This document shows, one piece after another, positions 18,701-26,972 of a stretch of 64,000 bases of DNA. A model generated the notes under the pieces. The model was given only the letters and a program-made list of their open reading frames with translations, searched no databases and was not told the DNA's origin. Positions within the stretch are counted from its first letter, which is position 1. Every line of letters begins with the position of its first letter. Position numbers and translations under genes: made by a program. This DNA is from Eubacteriales bacterium (GTDB lineage: Bacteria; Bacillota; Clostridia; Oscillospirales; CAG-272), in assembly GCA_045658925.1 (NCBI GenBank), contig JAZOVV010000039.1, positions 2,621-66,620 on the forward strand. Reading direction: 5' to 3'.

Positions 18701-20098
18701 TTATGCGCCCACGTCAAAACCGGGATATTGACCGTCCTGCAAGCGGTTGCCTTGGTAAAGTGCCTCGTAAAGAGAAATAATCTCGTTCCAAGTCGTCGAT
18801 GCTACTACTCCGTTTGCCACAAGGTCAAACCGTCGCTGAAAGGCAAGCACCGCTTCTTGCGTGCGCGGGCCGAAATATCCCGTTACCTCAACCGTAGGAA
18901 TTTCGGGATAAGACCGCGCAATGTAATTGAGATATTCCTGCAACAATCTTACCGATTCCGAATCCGACCCGATGCGCAAGGGGATTCCACCATAGGGAAC
19001 GGCAACACCTTCTACATAATCGCGCGGAATGGTTGCAATCGCACCGAGATAGGCATTGGTCAGGGCGTACCAAGTCACTTCACCCACAACGCCATCAGGC
19101 TCGAGTCCAAACGTGCGTTGCACATCCTGAACAGCTGCGCGCGTTCCTTCACCGAATACACCATCGATTGGAACGGCAGGAATCGTATCGTAAAACTGCG
19201 AAATATAAGAAATGAAATACTGCAAATTGCGCACACCGTCACCGCGACTGCCCACCTGCAACGAGCCGGGGTACTGTTTTGTAACGTCAGAGAGGGAAAT
19301 CCCTTCGGCATTTAAGTCATTCAATCTCTTTACACCGATATAAATGTTTTGAATGGTGTACCACGTGTTTTTGCCAATGATGCCGTCGGGCGTGAGGTTA
19401 AACACCTCTTGAAAGCGCCGTACCGCCGCCTCGGTATCCTCTGCGAAAATGCCGTCAACCTGTAAAATCTTTGGAATGGACGGGAAATTGGTGGAAATGC
19501 GATTGAGGCGCAGCTGCGCTGTGCGAACATCGTCACCCGTTGAGCCAAGTTGTAGGGGATAGAGCGGTGCACTTTCGGTACTACCCATTACGGGTGCGTT
19601 GCGGACAAGTTCGATGTTGTCGCCATAGTAATAGGTGAGGATTTCAAAGGGTGTCATGCCTTGTTCGGCAAGCTCCACAGTGCCCCATTGCGAAAGTCCT
19701 GCACAGGTTACGGTGGTGCCGTTGCAGTAGGCGGCAAAGAGGGGAGCGACACTCCCCTCGCGGCGGATGTAGTCGTTAAACAGCTCACCTACAAGCTCTC
19801 GCACGTTTTCAAACACCACGCGACCATTGACAAAGGATTGGTCGGTTCCCGTGTAGTTTGTAATGTCAAAATCGTAGCCGCGCGTGCGGTAGTATTCGGT
19901 GTAAACGCGGTTAAGAGCAAAGGATACCTGCGCGTAGATGTTTGCGCGAATGGCATTTTCGGGCCAAGTGGGGTAAATTTCGCTCGATGCCACGTTGGCG
20001 ATGTAATCGAGAAAGGGAAGTGTCACGTTCTCGGCATTGGAGTCGGGAGGTCCGAGATGAACGGTAATGGTTTCGGGAATAAAAGGCAGTTCCGGCAT
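18701..20098 (-). CDS. sleC: SleC-type spore cortex-lytic enzyme: catalytic region plus three PG_binding_1 repeats
   Basis: VHLGPPDSNAENVTLPFLDYIANVASSEIYPTWPENAIRANIYAQVSFALNRVYTEYYRTRGYDF and ...AYCNGTTVTCAGLSQWGTVELAEQGMTPFEILTYYYG resemble the mature region of clostridial SleC as I recall it. Three tandem ~70-aa PG-binding repeats follow. Confidence 0.7.
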   Translation of the reverse strand: MPELPFIPETITVHLGPPDSNAENVTLPFLDYIANVASSEIYPTWPENAIRANIYAQVSFALNRVYTEYYRTRGYDFDITNYTGTDQSFVNGRVVFENVRELVGELFNDYIRREGSVAPLFAAYCNGTTVTCAGLSQWGTVELAEQGMTPFEILTYYYGDNIELVRNAPVMGSTESAPLYPLQLGSTGDDVRTAQLRLNRISTNFPSIPKILQVDGIFAEDTEAAVRRFQEVFNLTPDGIIGKNTWYTIQNIYIGVKRLNDLNAEGISLSDVTKQYPGSLQVGSRGDGVRNLQYFISYISQFYDTIPAVPIDGVFGEGTRAAVQDVQRTFGLEPDGVVGEVTWYALTNAYLGAIATIPRDYVEGVAVPYGGIPLRIGSDSESVRLLQEYLNYIARSYPEIPTVEVTGYFGPRTQEAVLAFQRRFDLVANGVVASTTWNEIISLYEALYQGNRLQDGQYPGFDVGA

Positions 20099-20119
20099 AA
20101 GTGTCTCCTTTCTTTTGCG

Positions 20120-20548
20120 TTAGAGGTCTGCGGGGGAGTTTTCAAAAAAGCGCTCGTCGCCGGGGCGGAGAAGATTGGACGTTCCATCCTCGGGGAGCGG
20201 TATGAGGTCTACGGGCTGAATCGCCGTAATCCCTGCAAAAATAGGGAGCGCGACAAAACTCTGCATCCCGTACCCCTCGCGGCGCACCTCAAGGTGATAA
20301 GTAGAAAAAGGCGGCACCTCACTCGGTGACATCGAATTTTCGCGCGGTGGAGCGGAGAGCGTGATGCGCTCGGTGTTGCCGTCGCGGTTTGTGGTGGTTG
20401 CATACAAAATATCGGCGCGCGGTGTGGTGCCGGCATCCTCATTGGGGCGAATGCTCACAGCCGCACCCTCTAAAGGGATAGCACCGCGAGCGGTCGTTAC
20501 GTGCACAACGAGGTAACCCTCGCTCTCCATTGGTATTTCTCGGTTCAT
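20120..20548 (-). CDS. Stand-alone homologue of the SleC N-terminal pre/pro region
   Basis: 142 aa. GYLVVHVTTARGAIPLEGAAVSI and STYHLEVRREGYGMQSF resemble the N-terminal part of clostridial pro-SleC as I recall it. GGAGGG SD upstream. A clean TAA stop, then an AAAGGAG SD and ATG of the next gene. Confidence 0.6.
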   Translation of the reverse strand: MNREIPMESEGYLVVHVTTARGAIPLEGAAVSIRPNEDAGTTPRADILYATTTNRDGNTERITLSAPPRENSMSPSEVPPFSTYHLEVRREGYGMQSFVALPIFAGITAIQPVDLIPLPEDGTSNLLRPGDERFFENSPADL

Positions 20549-20613
20549 AAGTCCCTCCTGTTATGGTTTGTTCCATATCATTCTATGCGACAATGAAAAA
20601 AATGGTGAGCGGG

Positions 20614-20642
20614 TTGACTTTGGGTGAGAATTATGCTATAAT
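20614..20642 (+). promoter_or_regulatory. sigmaA-type promoter
   Basis: TTGACT-17 nt-TATAAT with a TGc extended -10, upstream of the small membrane protein genes. Confidence 0.65.
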
Positions 20643-20678
20643 AAAGCCAAGAAATTGAAGTATAAGGAGCGTACAACG

Positions 20679-20933
20679 ATGAAAGACAAAAAAACGCCCG
20701 AGAACCAAATTGCCTATCTCCCTATTGGAATGTGCCTTGGCGTATCAATAGGCACGGCGCTCGGTGTAGCCACAGGGAATCTTGCCCTTGGAATGTGCCT
20801 TGGAGTGGGTTTTGGAGTATGCTTGGGATCTCTTCTTGACGCCCAAAACCGCAAAAAGAATCAAGATACAATGGATACCGATAGCGAAGAAAATCAAAAC
20901 ACAACGGAAGTTGACAGCGAAGATAATCAATAG
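20679..20933 (+). CDS. Small glycine-zipper membrane protein with acidic tail (unknown)
   Basis: Start at ATG 20679 after an AAGGAG SD. GxxxG-rich helices (GMCLGVSIGTALGVATGNLALGMCLGVGFGVCLG). The C-terminus is rich in D, E, N and Q. Confidence 0.55.
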   Translation: MKDKKTPENQIAYLPIGMCLGVSIGTALGVATGNLALGMCLGVGFGVCLGSLLDAQNRKKNQDTMDTDSEENQNTTEVDSEDNQ

Positions 20934-20960
20934 CAGATTTTTTGATTTTGGGGGATTATT

Positions 20961-21152
20961 ATGAAAAAGATTTTACTCGTTCTTTCCGCGATTTTTACCG
21001 TTTTAACATTTGCCGGTGCCATTTACGTGCTCGCTTCAGGCGGAGAAGTAAATGCCGGATATGCGGTTGTCCCTTGTGCGCTATCCTTGGCTTGCACGAA
21101 CGGTTATATATGGTACAAGAACAAAGATAAAAGCGATAAATCGAGCAAGTAA
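20961..21152 (+). CDS. Small two-helix membrane protein (unknown)
   Basis: 63 aa, MKKILLVLSAIFTVLTFAGAIYVLASGG..., with a GGGGGA SD and a lysine-rich tail. Confidence 0.5.
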   Translation: MKKILLVLSAIFTVLTFAGAIYVLASGGEVNAGYAVVPCALSLACTNGYIWYKNKDKSDKSSK

Positions 21153-21198
21153 TTTACTTTTTTCAAAAAACAAATAGACTGAAGAAAGGAGAGCACCA

Positions 21199-21570
21199 AT
21201 GTTCCGCACAAAATTAAGCTTTGGCGACGCCATAGCGGCAGTTGCCGTTCTTTTGGTAGCAGTCCTGCTTTTGTGGCATCCGTGGCAAAAAAAGGATGCA
21301 GGCAAGACCGTGGTCATCGTCACACCCGATGAAACAATGGAATATTCGCTCTCCAAGGATACCGCAATCCATATCGAATCGCGTGGTGTACACCTTTGCA
21401 TTGAAATTTCGAATGGGAAGGCATACGTTAGCAAAAGTGATTGTGCCGACCGCGTTTGTGAGTCAAGCGCGCCCATTTCCAAAACGGGCGAGACCATCAT
21501 CTGCGCCCCAGCAGGTGTCAGCCTTGTGGTGAAGGGAGGTGACGGCGATGTCGACTTCGTCGCAGGCTAA
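21199..21570 (+). CDS. NusG domain II-containing (DUF1312-type) membrane-anchored protein
   Basis: 123 aa. N-terminal TM helix. Cys pattern SDCADRVCES...GETIICAPAGV typical of the NusG_II family. AGGAG SD. Confidence 0.7.
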   Translation: MFRTKLSFGDAIAAVAVLLVAVLLLWHPWQKKDAGKTVVIVTPDETMEYSLSKDTAIHIESRGVHLCIEISNGKAYVSKSDCADRVCESSAPISKTGETIICAPAGVSLVVKGGDGDVDFVAG

Positions 21571-22087
21571 CCTCGTGCGTCGACTCTCTATCGATGCTAT
21601 GCTTTGCGTGCTGGCAATGATGCTTTCTTATCTTGAGGCGGTTTTGCCGCTCAATCTTCTCGTTCCACTCCCGGGATTTCGTCTCGGTCTTGCCAACGTG
21701 GCAGTTGTGGCAGTTTTCTGCCTTTTTACACCCCTTGATGCACTTGCCGTTCTTTCTGTTCGCATTCTTTTAATGGGGCTTTTGTTCGGCTCTCCCACGT
21801 CCTTGTATTTTTCGGTTATGGGGGGACTCATCTCCTTTGCTGTCCTAATGCTCGCCAAATACCTTTGCAAAAATTGCAGCCTTGTCGGCGTTTCTATCCT
21901 TTGCGCCGCCGCACACAATACGGGGCAGGTCATAGCGGCAGTCACGCTTTTTGATGCCGTCCTCATTACCACCTATTTGCCCGCGCTCCTCATCGCATCG
22001 GTCATCTATGGCGGTATTGTCGGCATTTTGCTCAATCTGCTGCTCCCGCGCTTGCAAAAAACGATGAAGAGGAGGGCAAACGGATGA
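21548..22087 (+). CDS. Gx transporter family membrane protein (formerly 'heptaprenyl diphosphate synthase component I'-like)
   Basis: Start taken at ATG 21548 after a GGGAGG SD. Five to six TM helices. The N-terminal region LSYLEAVLPLNLLVPLPGFRLGLANV is typical of this family. Overlaps the neighbouring genes at both ends. Confidence 0.7.
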   Translation: MSTSSQANLVRRLSIDAMLCVLAMMLSYLEAVLPLNLLVPLPGFRLGLANVAVVAVFCLFTPLDALAVLSVRILLMGLLFGSPTSLYFSVMGGLISFAVLMLAKYLCKNCSLVGVSILCAAAHNTGQVIAAVTLFDAVLITTYLPALLIASVIYGGIVGILLNLLLPRLQKTMKRRANG

Positions 22088-23091
22088 AAAAGACGATTCT
22101 ACGCGCCCTTTGTATCATTCTTTGTACTGTTTTCATAATGCCTTTTGCGGCTTGCCAAAGGGAAGAGAGACAAGAAAAAAACTTCTTTTTTATGAATACC
22201 CCCATCACTGTCACCCTCTACACCGACAAAAAGAGTGCCGAGCGGATATTTGGTGAGTGCAGACAAATTCTTTCCGAGTATGATGCTCTTTGGTCGCGTA
22301 CTGTTGCTGAAAGTGACATTGGTCGTTTCAATAGCACCGAAAATGCTCTCGAACTCGATTCGCGTACTGCGACGCTTATCGCGCAAGCGATAGATGTATC
22401 GCAAAAAACGGGCGGAGCATTCGATATTACCGTAGCACCCATTGTCAACTTATGGCAAACAAGCGAAGAAAAGGGAACTCTTCCCACGAGTGACGAAATG
22501 CAATCTCTTCTCGCACTTGTCGGCACGCAAAATATTGCGCTTTCGGGCAACACGTTGGCAAAATCCAAAAAAGACGTACAAATCGACCTTGGCGGCATCG
22601 GCAAAGGGGCGGCAATCTCGACTTTGATTGCTCATCTTGAGACCTGCAACATTCGCGGCGGACTTGTCAGCTTTGGTAGTAACGTTGCGGTGTTTGGTAC
22701 AAAGCCCGATGGAAGACCCTATCGCATCGCCCTCAAAAACCCCAAAAAAGAAAGTGGTTACGCAGGTGTTTTGAACCTGCAAGCAGGACAAATTCTTTCG
22801 GTTTCGGGTGATTATGAGCGCTATTATACCATTGGAAATGAAAAATATCATCACATCATCGACCCCCAAACGGGATATCCCGCCGCAAGCGGACTTTGTT
22901 CGGTAGCGGTCATTTGTTCTGACGGCGCACTTGCGGATGCTCTCTCTACGGCACTTTTTGTAATGGGGGAGGAAAATGCCCGCACCTTTTACGAGAGCAA
23001 AATCTACGATTTTGAAGCAATTTTCATCGACCAAAACGGCAACGTTACCGCGACAGCGGGACTTGCCGACCGCTTTGAAATCGAACAGTAA
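22084..23091 (+). CDS. apbE: FAD:protein FMN transferase (ApbE family) lipoprotein
   Basis: Lipobox FIMPFAAC. ApbE segments FDITVAPIV, DLGGIGKGAA and HHIIDPQTGYP. Confidence 0.9.
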   Translation: MKKTILRALCIILCTVFIMPFAACQREERQEKNFFFMNTPITVTLYTDKKSAERIFGECRQILSEYDALWSRTVAESDIGRFNSTENALELDSRTATLIAQAIDVSQKTGGAFDITVAPIVNLWQTSEEKGTLPTSDEMQSLLALVGTQNIALSGNTLAKSKKDVQIDLGGIGKGAAISTLIAHLETCNIRGGLVSFGSNVAVFGTKPDGRPYRIALKNPKKESGYAGVLNLQAGQILSVSGDYERYYTIGNEKYHHIIDPQTGYPAASGLCSVAVICSDGALADALSTALFVMGEENARTFYESKIYDFEAIFIDQNGNVTATAGLADRFEIEQ

Positions 23092-23099
23092 AACAAAAA

Positions 23100-23290
23100 G
23101 GGGCTGATGCATTTAGTGCAGAACAAAAGCCACTCGAATAAAACATTCCAAAAAATGCTAAAATTTAAAGCACGTCTTTATAAAAGGTTGAAATCCGCCG
23201 AATTTTCGGCGGATTTCTTCGTCTTTATGTGGCTTTTTAGTCGCGTTCGACCTCTTTGCCGTACTTTTGTACGGCGACGATAGGTCGTCT
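23100..23290 (+). repeat. Structured intergenic repeat element, copy A
   Basis: Shares blocks ggggctg, gcagaacaaaagccactc and aaggttgaaatccgcc...ggcggatttcttc.t.tttatgtggctttttagtcg...gccgtac....gtacggc... with the reverse complement of 45742-45928. Confidence 0.85.
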
Positions 23291-23322
23291 TTAGCCAAAT
23301 TTCACCGTATTTTCAATTTTTG

Positions 23323-23351
23323 TTCTAAAGTTGGCAAGTCCCCCATATAGT
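23323..23351 (+). promoter_or_regulatory. Candidate mother-cell (sigmaE-type) promoter of spoIVA
   Basis: TTCTAAA-14 nt-CATATAGT, 30 nt upstream of the spoIVA ATG. The same bipartite motif and spacing recur upstream of spoIIID and the M14 peptidase gene. Confidence 0.45.
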
Positions 23352-23381
23352 GTACCAACGCGATATATGGGAGGTTTTGAA

Positions 23382-24860
23382 ATGCCTGAGCATTCGATTT
23401 ATACGGATATTGCCGAGCGGACGGGCGGAGATATTTACGTCGGCGTTGTAGGTCCTGTCAGAAGCGGAAAATCCACATTCATCAAACGTTTTATGGAAGC
23501 CGTTGTGCTTCCCAACATTGGGGAGGGCTACTCCCGCGACCGTGCACGTGACGAGCTTCCGCAGTCGGCGGCGGGAAAGACGGTAATGACGACCGAGCCA
23601 AAGTTCATCCCCGAAGAGGCCGTGCCCGTGGTGCTTGATAATAACGCACAAATGCGTGTGCGCATGATTGATTGCGTAGGGTATCTTATTCCCGATGCAA
23701 TGGGAACCATCGAAAACGGTCAACCGCGTATGGTTCGCACACCTTGGCGCGAGGAGCCTATGCCGTTCTCCGAGGCGGCAGAAATGGGCACACACAAGGT
23801 CATCACCGAGCACTCCACCATCGGTATGCTCATCACCACCGACGGCAGCATCGGCGACATTAAACGCGATGCCTACGTTGAGGCGGAGGAGCGCATTGTC
23901 GGAGAACTCAAAGCATTGGGCAAGCCCTTTGCCATCATTCTCAATTCGGCTCATCCCGAAGGGGAAGCCGCACGTACGCTCGCTTACGAATTGGAAGACA
24001 AATACGGTGTTCCCGTGGCACTTGTCAGTTGTCTTGACCTTGATGCTGAAGATATTCGGCACATTTTGGGGCTTGTTCTCGAGGAATTTCCCGTAACCGA
24101 AATCAGCGTCAAATGTCCCGAATGGATGCGCGCTCTTGATGAATACCATCGCATCCGTGCGGCAGTTCGCACGTCCGTTTGCCACTGTGCCGAAAAAATC
24201 AAAAAAGCAGGAGATGTAAAATCTGCATTTGAAAATATGGCAGAGAACGAGTACGTTGAACGTGCAAACATTGAACTTTTAGACCTTGGAACGGGCAAAG
24301 CAACCGTTTCTCTTACCATGAGGGATGGTCTTTACTATGACATTATTAGTGAGCTGACAGGGTTCTCGGTTGAAAGCGAGGAAGAGCTCATTTCACTCTT
24401 GCGCGACCTTTCGGCAATGAAAGAGAAGTACGATAAGGTTGCCGAAGCACTTGAAGAGGTCAATGAACGCGGTTACGGTATTGTTATGCCCGACGTTGAG
24501 GATTTGCACCTCGAGGAGCCGCAAATTGTCAAGCAGGCGGGCGGATACGGTGTCAAACTACGCGCCGCGGCACAGTCGGTTCATATGATTCGTGCCAATA
24601 TTGCCGCCGAAATCAACCCCATGGTGGGAACGGAGCAGCAATCCGAGGATATGGTACGGTATCTTCTCAAAGAATTTGAAGAAGACCCCAAGAGCATTTG
24701 GGGCTCGAATATGTTTGGCAAGTCGCTCTATGAGCTTATCAACGAGGGACTGCATAACAAGCTCGAGCATATGCCAGAGGAATCGCGCAAAAAGCTTTCT
24801 GAAACGCTAGAGCGAATCATAAATGAAGGTAGTAACGGACTTATTTGTATTTTACTGTAA
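23382..24860 (+). CDS. spoIVA: Stage IV sporulation protein A (spore coat morphogenetic ATPase)
   Basis: Start at ATG 23382 after a GGGAGG SD. IYTDIAERTGGDIYVGVVGPVRSGKSTFIKRFME is the hallmark SpoIVA N-terminus with its Walker A motif. 492 aa. Confidence 0.95.
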   Translation: MPEHSIYTDIAERTGGDIYVGVVGPVRSGKSTFIKRFMEAVVLPNIGEGYSRDRARDELPQSAAGKTVMTTEPKFIPEEAVPVVLDNNAQMRVRMIDCVGYLIPDAMGTIENGQPRMVRTPWREEPMPFSEAAEMGTHKVITEHSTIGMLITTDGSIGDIKRDAYVEAEERIVGELKALGKPFAIILNSAHPEGEAARTLAYELEDKYGVPVALVSCLDLDAEDIRHILGLVLEEFPVTEISVKCPEWMRALDEYHRIRAAVRTSVCHCAEKIKKAGDVKSAFENMAENEYVERANIELLDLGTGKATVSLTMRDGLYYDIISELTGFSVESEEELISLLRDLSAMKEKYDKVAEALEEVNERGYGIVMPDVEDLHLEEPQIVKQAGGYGVKLRAAAQSVHMIRANIAAEINPMVGTEQQSEDMVRYLLKEFEEDPKSIWGSNMFGKSLYELINEGLHNKLEHMPEESRKKLSETLERIINEGSNGLICILL

Positions 24861-24865
24861 CAACG

Positions 24866-24898
24866 AAAAACGGAGCAACGCGGTTGCTCCGTTTTTTT
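24866..24898. terminator. Bidirectional terminator between spoIVA and the nanA-like gene
   Basis: aaaaacggagcaac-N3-gttgctccgttttt perfect inverted repeat. Confidence 0.85.
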
Positions 24899-24908
24899 GT
24901 CATTTGCA

Positions 24909-25796
24909 TTAAATTTTTAAGCCTGCTTCCTTCATCTGTGCAACAATCGTCGCTTTTTCTGCGTCGGAATAGCGCTTCATCGGGAAGGTTGCATTGCCAA
25001 CGGCGTAGCCCTGTGCCTCAAGTACAGCCTTTGCCGCGGGAATGATTTTGTAAGAGAGGAGTACCGAAATGATGCGAATGGCACGTGTTTGATACTCTCT
25101 TGCCGTGGCAAGGTCGCCCTTTACAAAGTTATCGTAAATGCCGCGAATGATATCGAACATAAAGTTGTAGGTCGTGCCGATGCCGCCGTCAGCACCTGCC
25201 GAAAGTCCCATCAAAAGCATTTCGTCGGGGCCGTTGATAATGTTCATCTCACCGTTGGTGATGTCTTTGAGTCGCATCATTTGATAATAATCCGAGCTTG
25301 TCCATTTAATGGCGGTTACGTTGTCAATTTCAAACATTTTTGCGGCAATGTCGGCGTTGATGTGGAAGCCTGCGGCGGGATTGTAGTAAATCATCATGGG
25401 TATCGATACCGCATCGGCAAGCTTTTTGTAGTAGTTGTAAACGTCGTCCTTATCATAGGAGAAGAAGAGGGGAGGCGTTGCCGAAATAGCGGCGGCACCT
25501 ACCTTTTCGGCGTGCTTTGCCAAGCGGATGGCATCCTCAAAATTACCCGATGCCACCTGAACGATGCAGGGCTTGCGACCGCCAACGGTCTTGATAGCCT
25601 CTTCGGCAAGAACCATACGCTGTTCAGGTGAAATTGCAATGCCTTCACCCGTAGCACCGCACAGATAGAATCCGTCGGCACCCTTTGCCAAAAGGTCGTT
25701 CAAAAGTTGGTTGAGAACGGGAACGTTAATATTTTCGTTTGCATCCAAGGGGGATACGAGAGCAGGCATAACGCCACTAAATTTCATCATTTTCAA
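24909..25796 (-). CDS. nanA: N-acetylneuraminate lyase-like (DHDPS/NanA family) aldolase
   Basis: GVMPALVSPLD, GADGFYLCGATGE, AIKWTSSD (Schiff-base Lys position) and GLSAGADGGIGTTYN parallel E. coli NanA segments as I recall them. The start is ambiguous (M1, M3 or M4). Confidence 0.75.
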   Translation of the reverse strand: MKMMKFSGVMPALVSPLDANENINVPVLNQLLNDLLAKGADGFYLCGATGEGIAISPEQRMVLAEEAIKTVGGRKPCIVQVASGNFEDAIRLAKHAEKVGAAAISATPPLFFSYDKDDVYNYYKKLADAVSIPMMIYYNPAAGFHINADIAAKMFEIDNVTAIKWTSSDYYQMMRLKDITNGEMNIINGPDEMLLMGLSAGADGGIGTTYNFMFDIIRGIYDNFVKGDLATAREYQTRAIRIISVLLSYKIIPAAKAVLEAQGYAVGNATFPMKRYSDAEKATIVAQMKEAGLKI

Positions 25797-26874
25797 TTCT
25801 CCATTTCTGCTGTAAGATTACGGCGGGGTCATCGGGCTCGAGGTGGGCATAAAAAACGGTCAAAAGGCTTCCGTCCTTCAACTCCACGGTTGAAGGATAC
25901 CCGAGGTCTAAGCTGAAATCGTTTTCGTAAATATCTTCACTGGTACTCCAAGTTTCTCCGTTATCGCGACTGAACATTACGCGAATGCCAAAGGGAGCAC
26001 TTCCCATCGGGTCTCCGCGAAAGCCATAGGTGCAAATGAGCAGCCCCGAGGAGTGCTTTAACAAATGCGCGGGAGCACCGCCCGACATTGGCAAGATGCG
26101 CTTCGGCTTTGTCCAGGTTCTGCCGCCGTCAGTCGACTTGGATTGATAAAGCGTAAAAAGCTTGATGGGGTAGTATTGCACGCGGACATGTGCCAATATC
26201 GTGCCGTCGTCAAGTTCGAAAGCATAGGGCTCGCAAGAGAGTGCCTTGTTGCCGTCCACCACAATGTTTTCGATTTCGCCAAGGTATTCCATACTGCCGT
26301 CGGCAGTGTTTACGCGGTATGCTTTTACGGCATCGGTCTCCATTCTGCCGTTCTCACAGCTGAACGTGCGGCCAAGCCACATAAGGGAACCGTCCTTGAG
26401 TTCAATCGGGCCGTGAGGAGAGGTGACGGGACTTTTATAGAGCGGTCCAAAGGTCTTGCCGCCATCGTGACTTAAGCGGAAGGTTGCACCAAGGTCGCGG
26501 GCTTCCTCTTCGGGGGAGATGCTGTCAAGATGCGCCATTTCCTCGGGAAGTGCGTGCTTGCGTTGAAAGTTGACCGTATTGTTAAACGAGGTTACCATCA
26601 CGCCACTCTCTCCAAAGGTTGCAATACCGCAATCGCGGTCATCGAGGCAGGTGTCAATTACGGGAGAGGGCAGAGAATAGCTCTCGCCATCGTCCTCGCT
26701 CGTCATCATAACGGCTTTACCAAACGGACATATATGGCGCAGTCGGTAACCTGAAGCACCCACCGCAATTCTGCCGTCCTGCAACCGTTTGGCACTTGGC
26801 CACGCAAAGTAGTTGTTGCGTGCTTCAGGTGCACTCATAATGATTTTTTTCTCGCCAATGCGCACGATTTTCAT
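25777..26874 (-). CDS. Cytoplasmic BNR/Asp-box sialidase-superfamily beta-propeller protein
   Basis: 365 aa with no signal peptide. Four Asp-box-like motifs (SEDDGESY, SHDGGKTF, STDGGRTW, SRDNGETW). No obvious FRIP motif. The 3' end overlaps the nanA-like start. Confidence 0.75.
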   Translation of the reverse strand: MKIVRIGEKKIIMSAPEARNNYFAWPSAKRLQDGRIAVGASGYRLRHICPFGKAVMMTSEDDGESYSLPSPVIDTCLDDRDCGIATFGESGVMVTSFNNTVNFQRKHALPEEMAHLDSISPEEEARDLGATFRLSHDGGKTFGPLYKSPVTSPHGPIELKDGSLMWLGRTFSCENGRMETDAVKAYRVNTADGSMEYLGEIENIVVDGNKALSCEPYAFELDDGTILAHVRVQYYPIKLFTLYQSKSTDGGRTWTKPKRILPMSGGAPAHLLKHSSGLLICTYGFRGDPMGSAPFGIRVMFSRDNGETWSTSEDIYENDFSLDLGYPSTVELKDGSLLTVFYAHLEPDDPAVILQQKWRIENDEI

Positions 26875-26884
26875 ATAAAACTCC

Positions 26885-26913
26885 TTGACAATACATTGTT
26901 GATATGCTACAAT
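26885..26913 (+). promoter_or_regulatory. sigmaA-type promoter of the AraC-family regulator
   Basis: TTGACA-17 nt-TACAAT with a TGc extended -10. Confidence 0.6.
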
Positions 26914-26972
26914 AATTATACATCATTTTGTGTTGGATTGCAATAAGCCCACCCGACAAGAATGAAATTTGA

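Noticed and set aside
20098-20122. Frameshift or pseudogene explanation for the split SleC
   Set aside because: The upstream ORF ends in a clean TAA. A 21-nt spacer follows that contains an AAAGGAG SD at proper distance from an ATG. A simple indel would not create this. An assembly error still needs to be excluded with reads.
20942-21130. 62-aa ORF in an alternative frame overlapping the small membrane protein gene 20961-21152
   Set aside because: The Arg/Cys-rich product has no SD. The overlapping frame (20961-21152) has an SD and encodes a coherent two-helix membrane protein.
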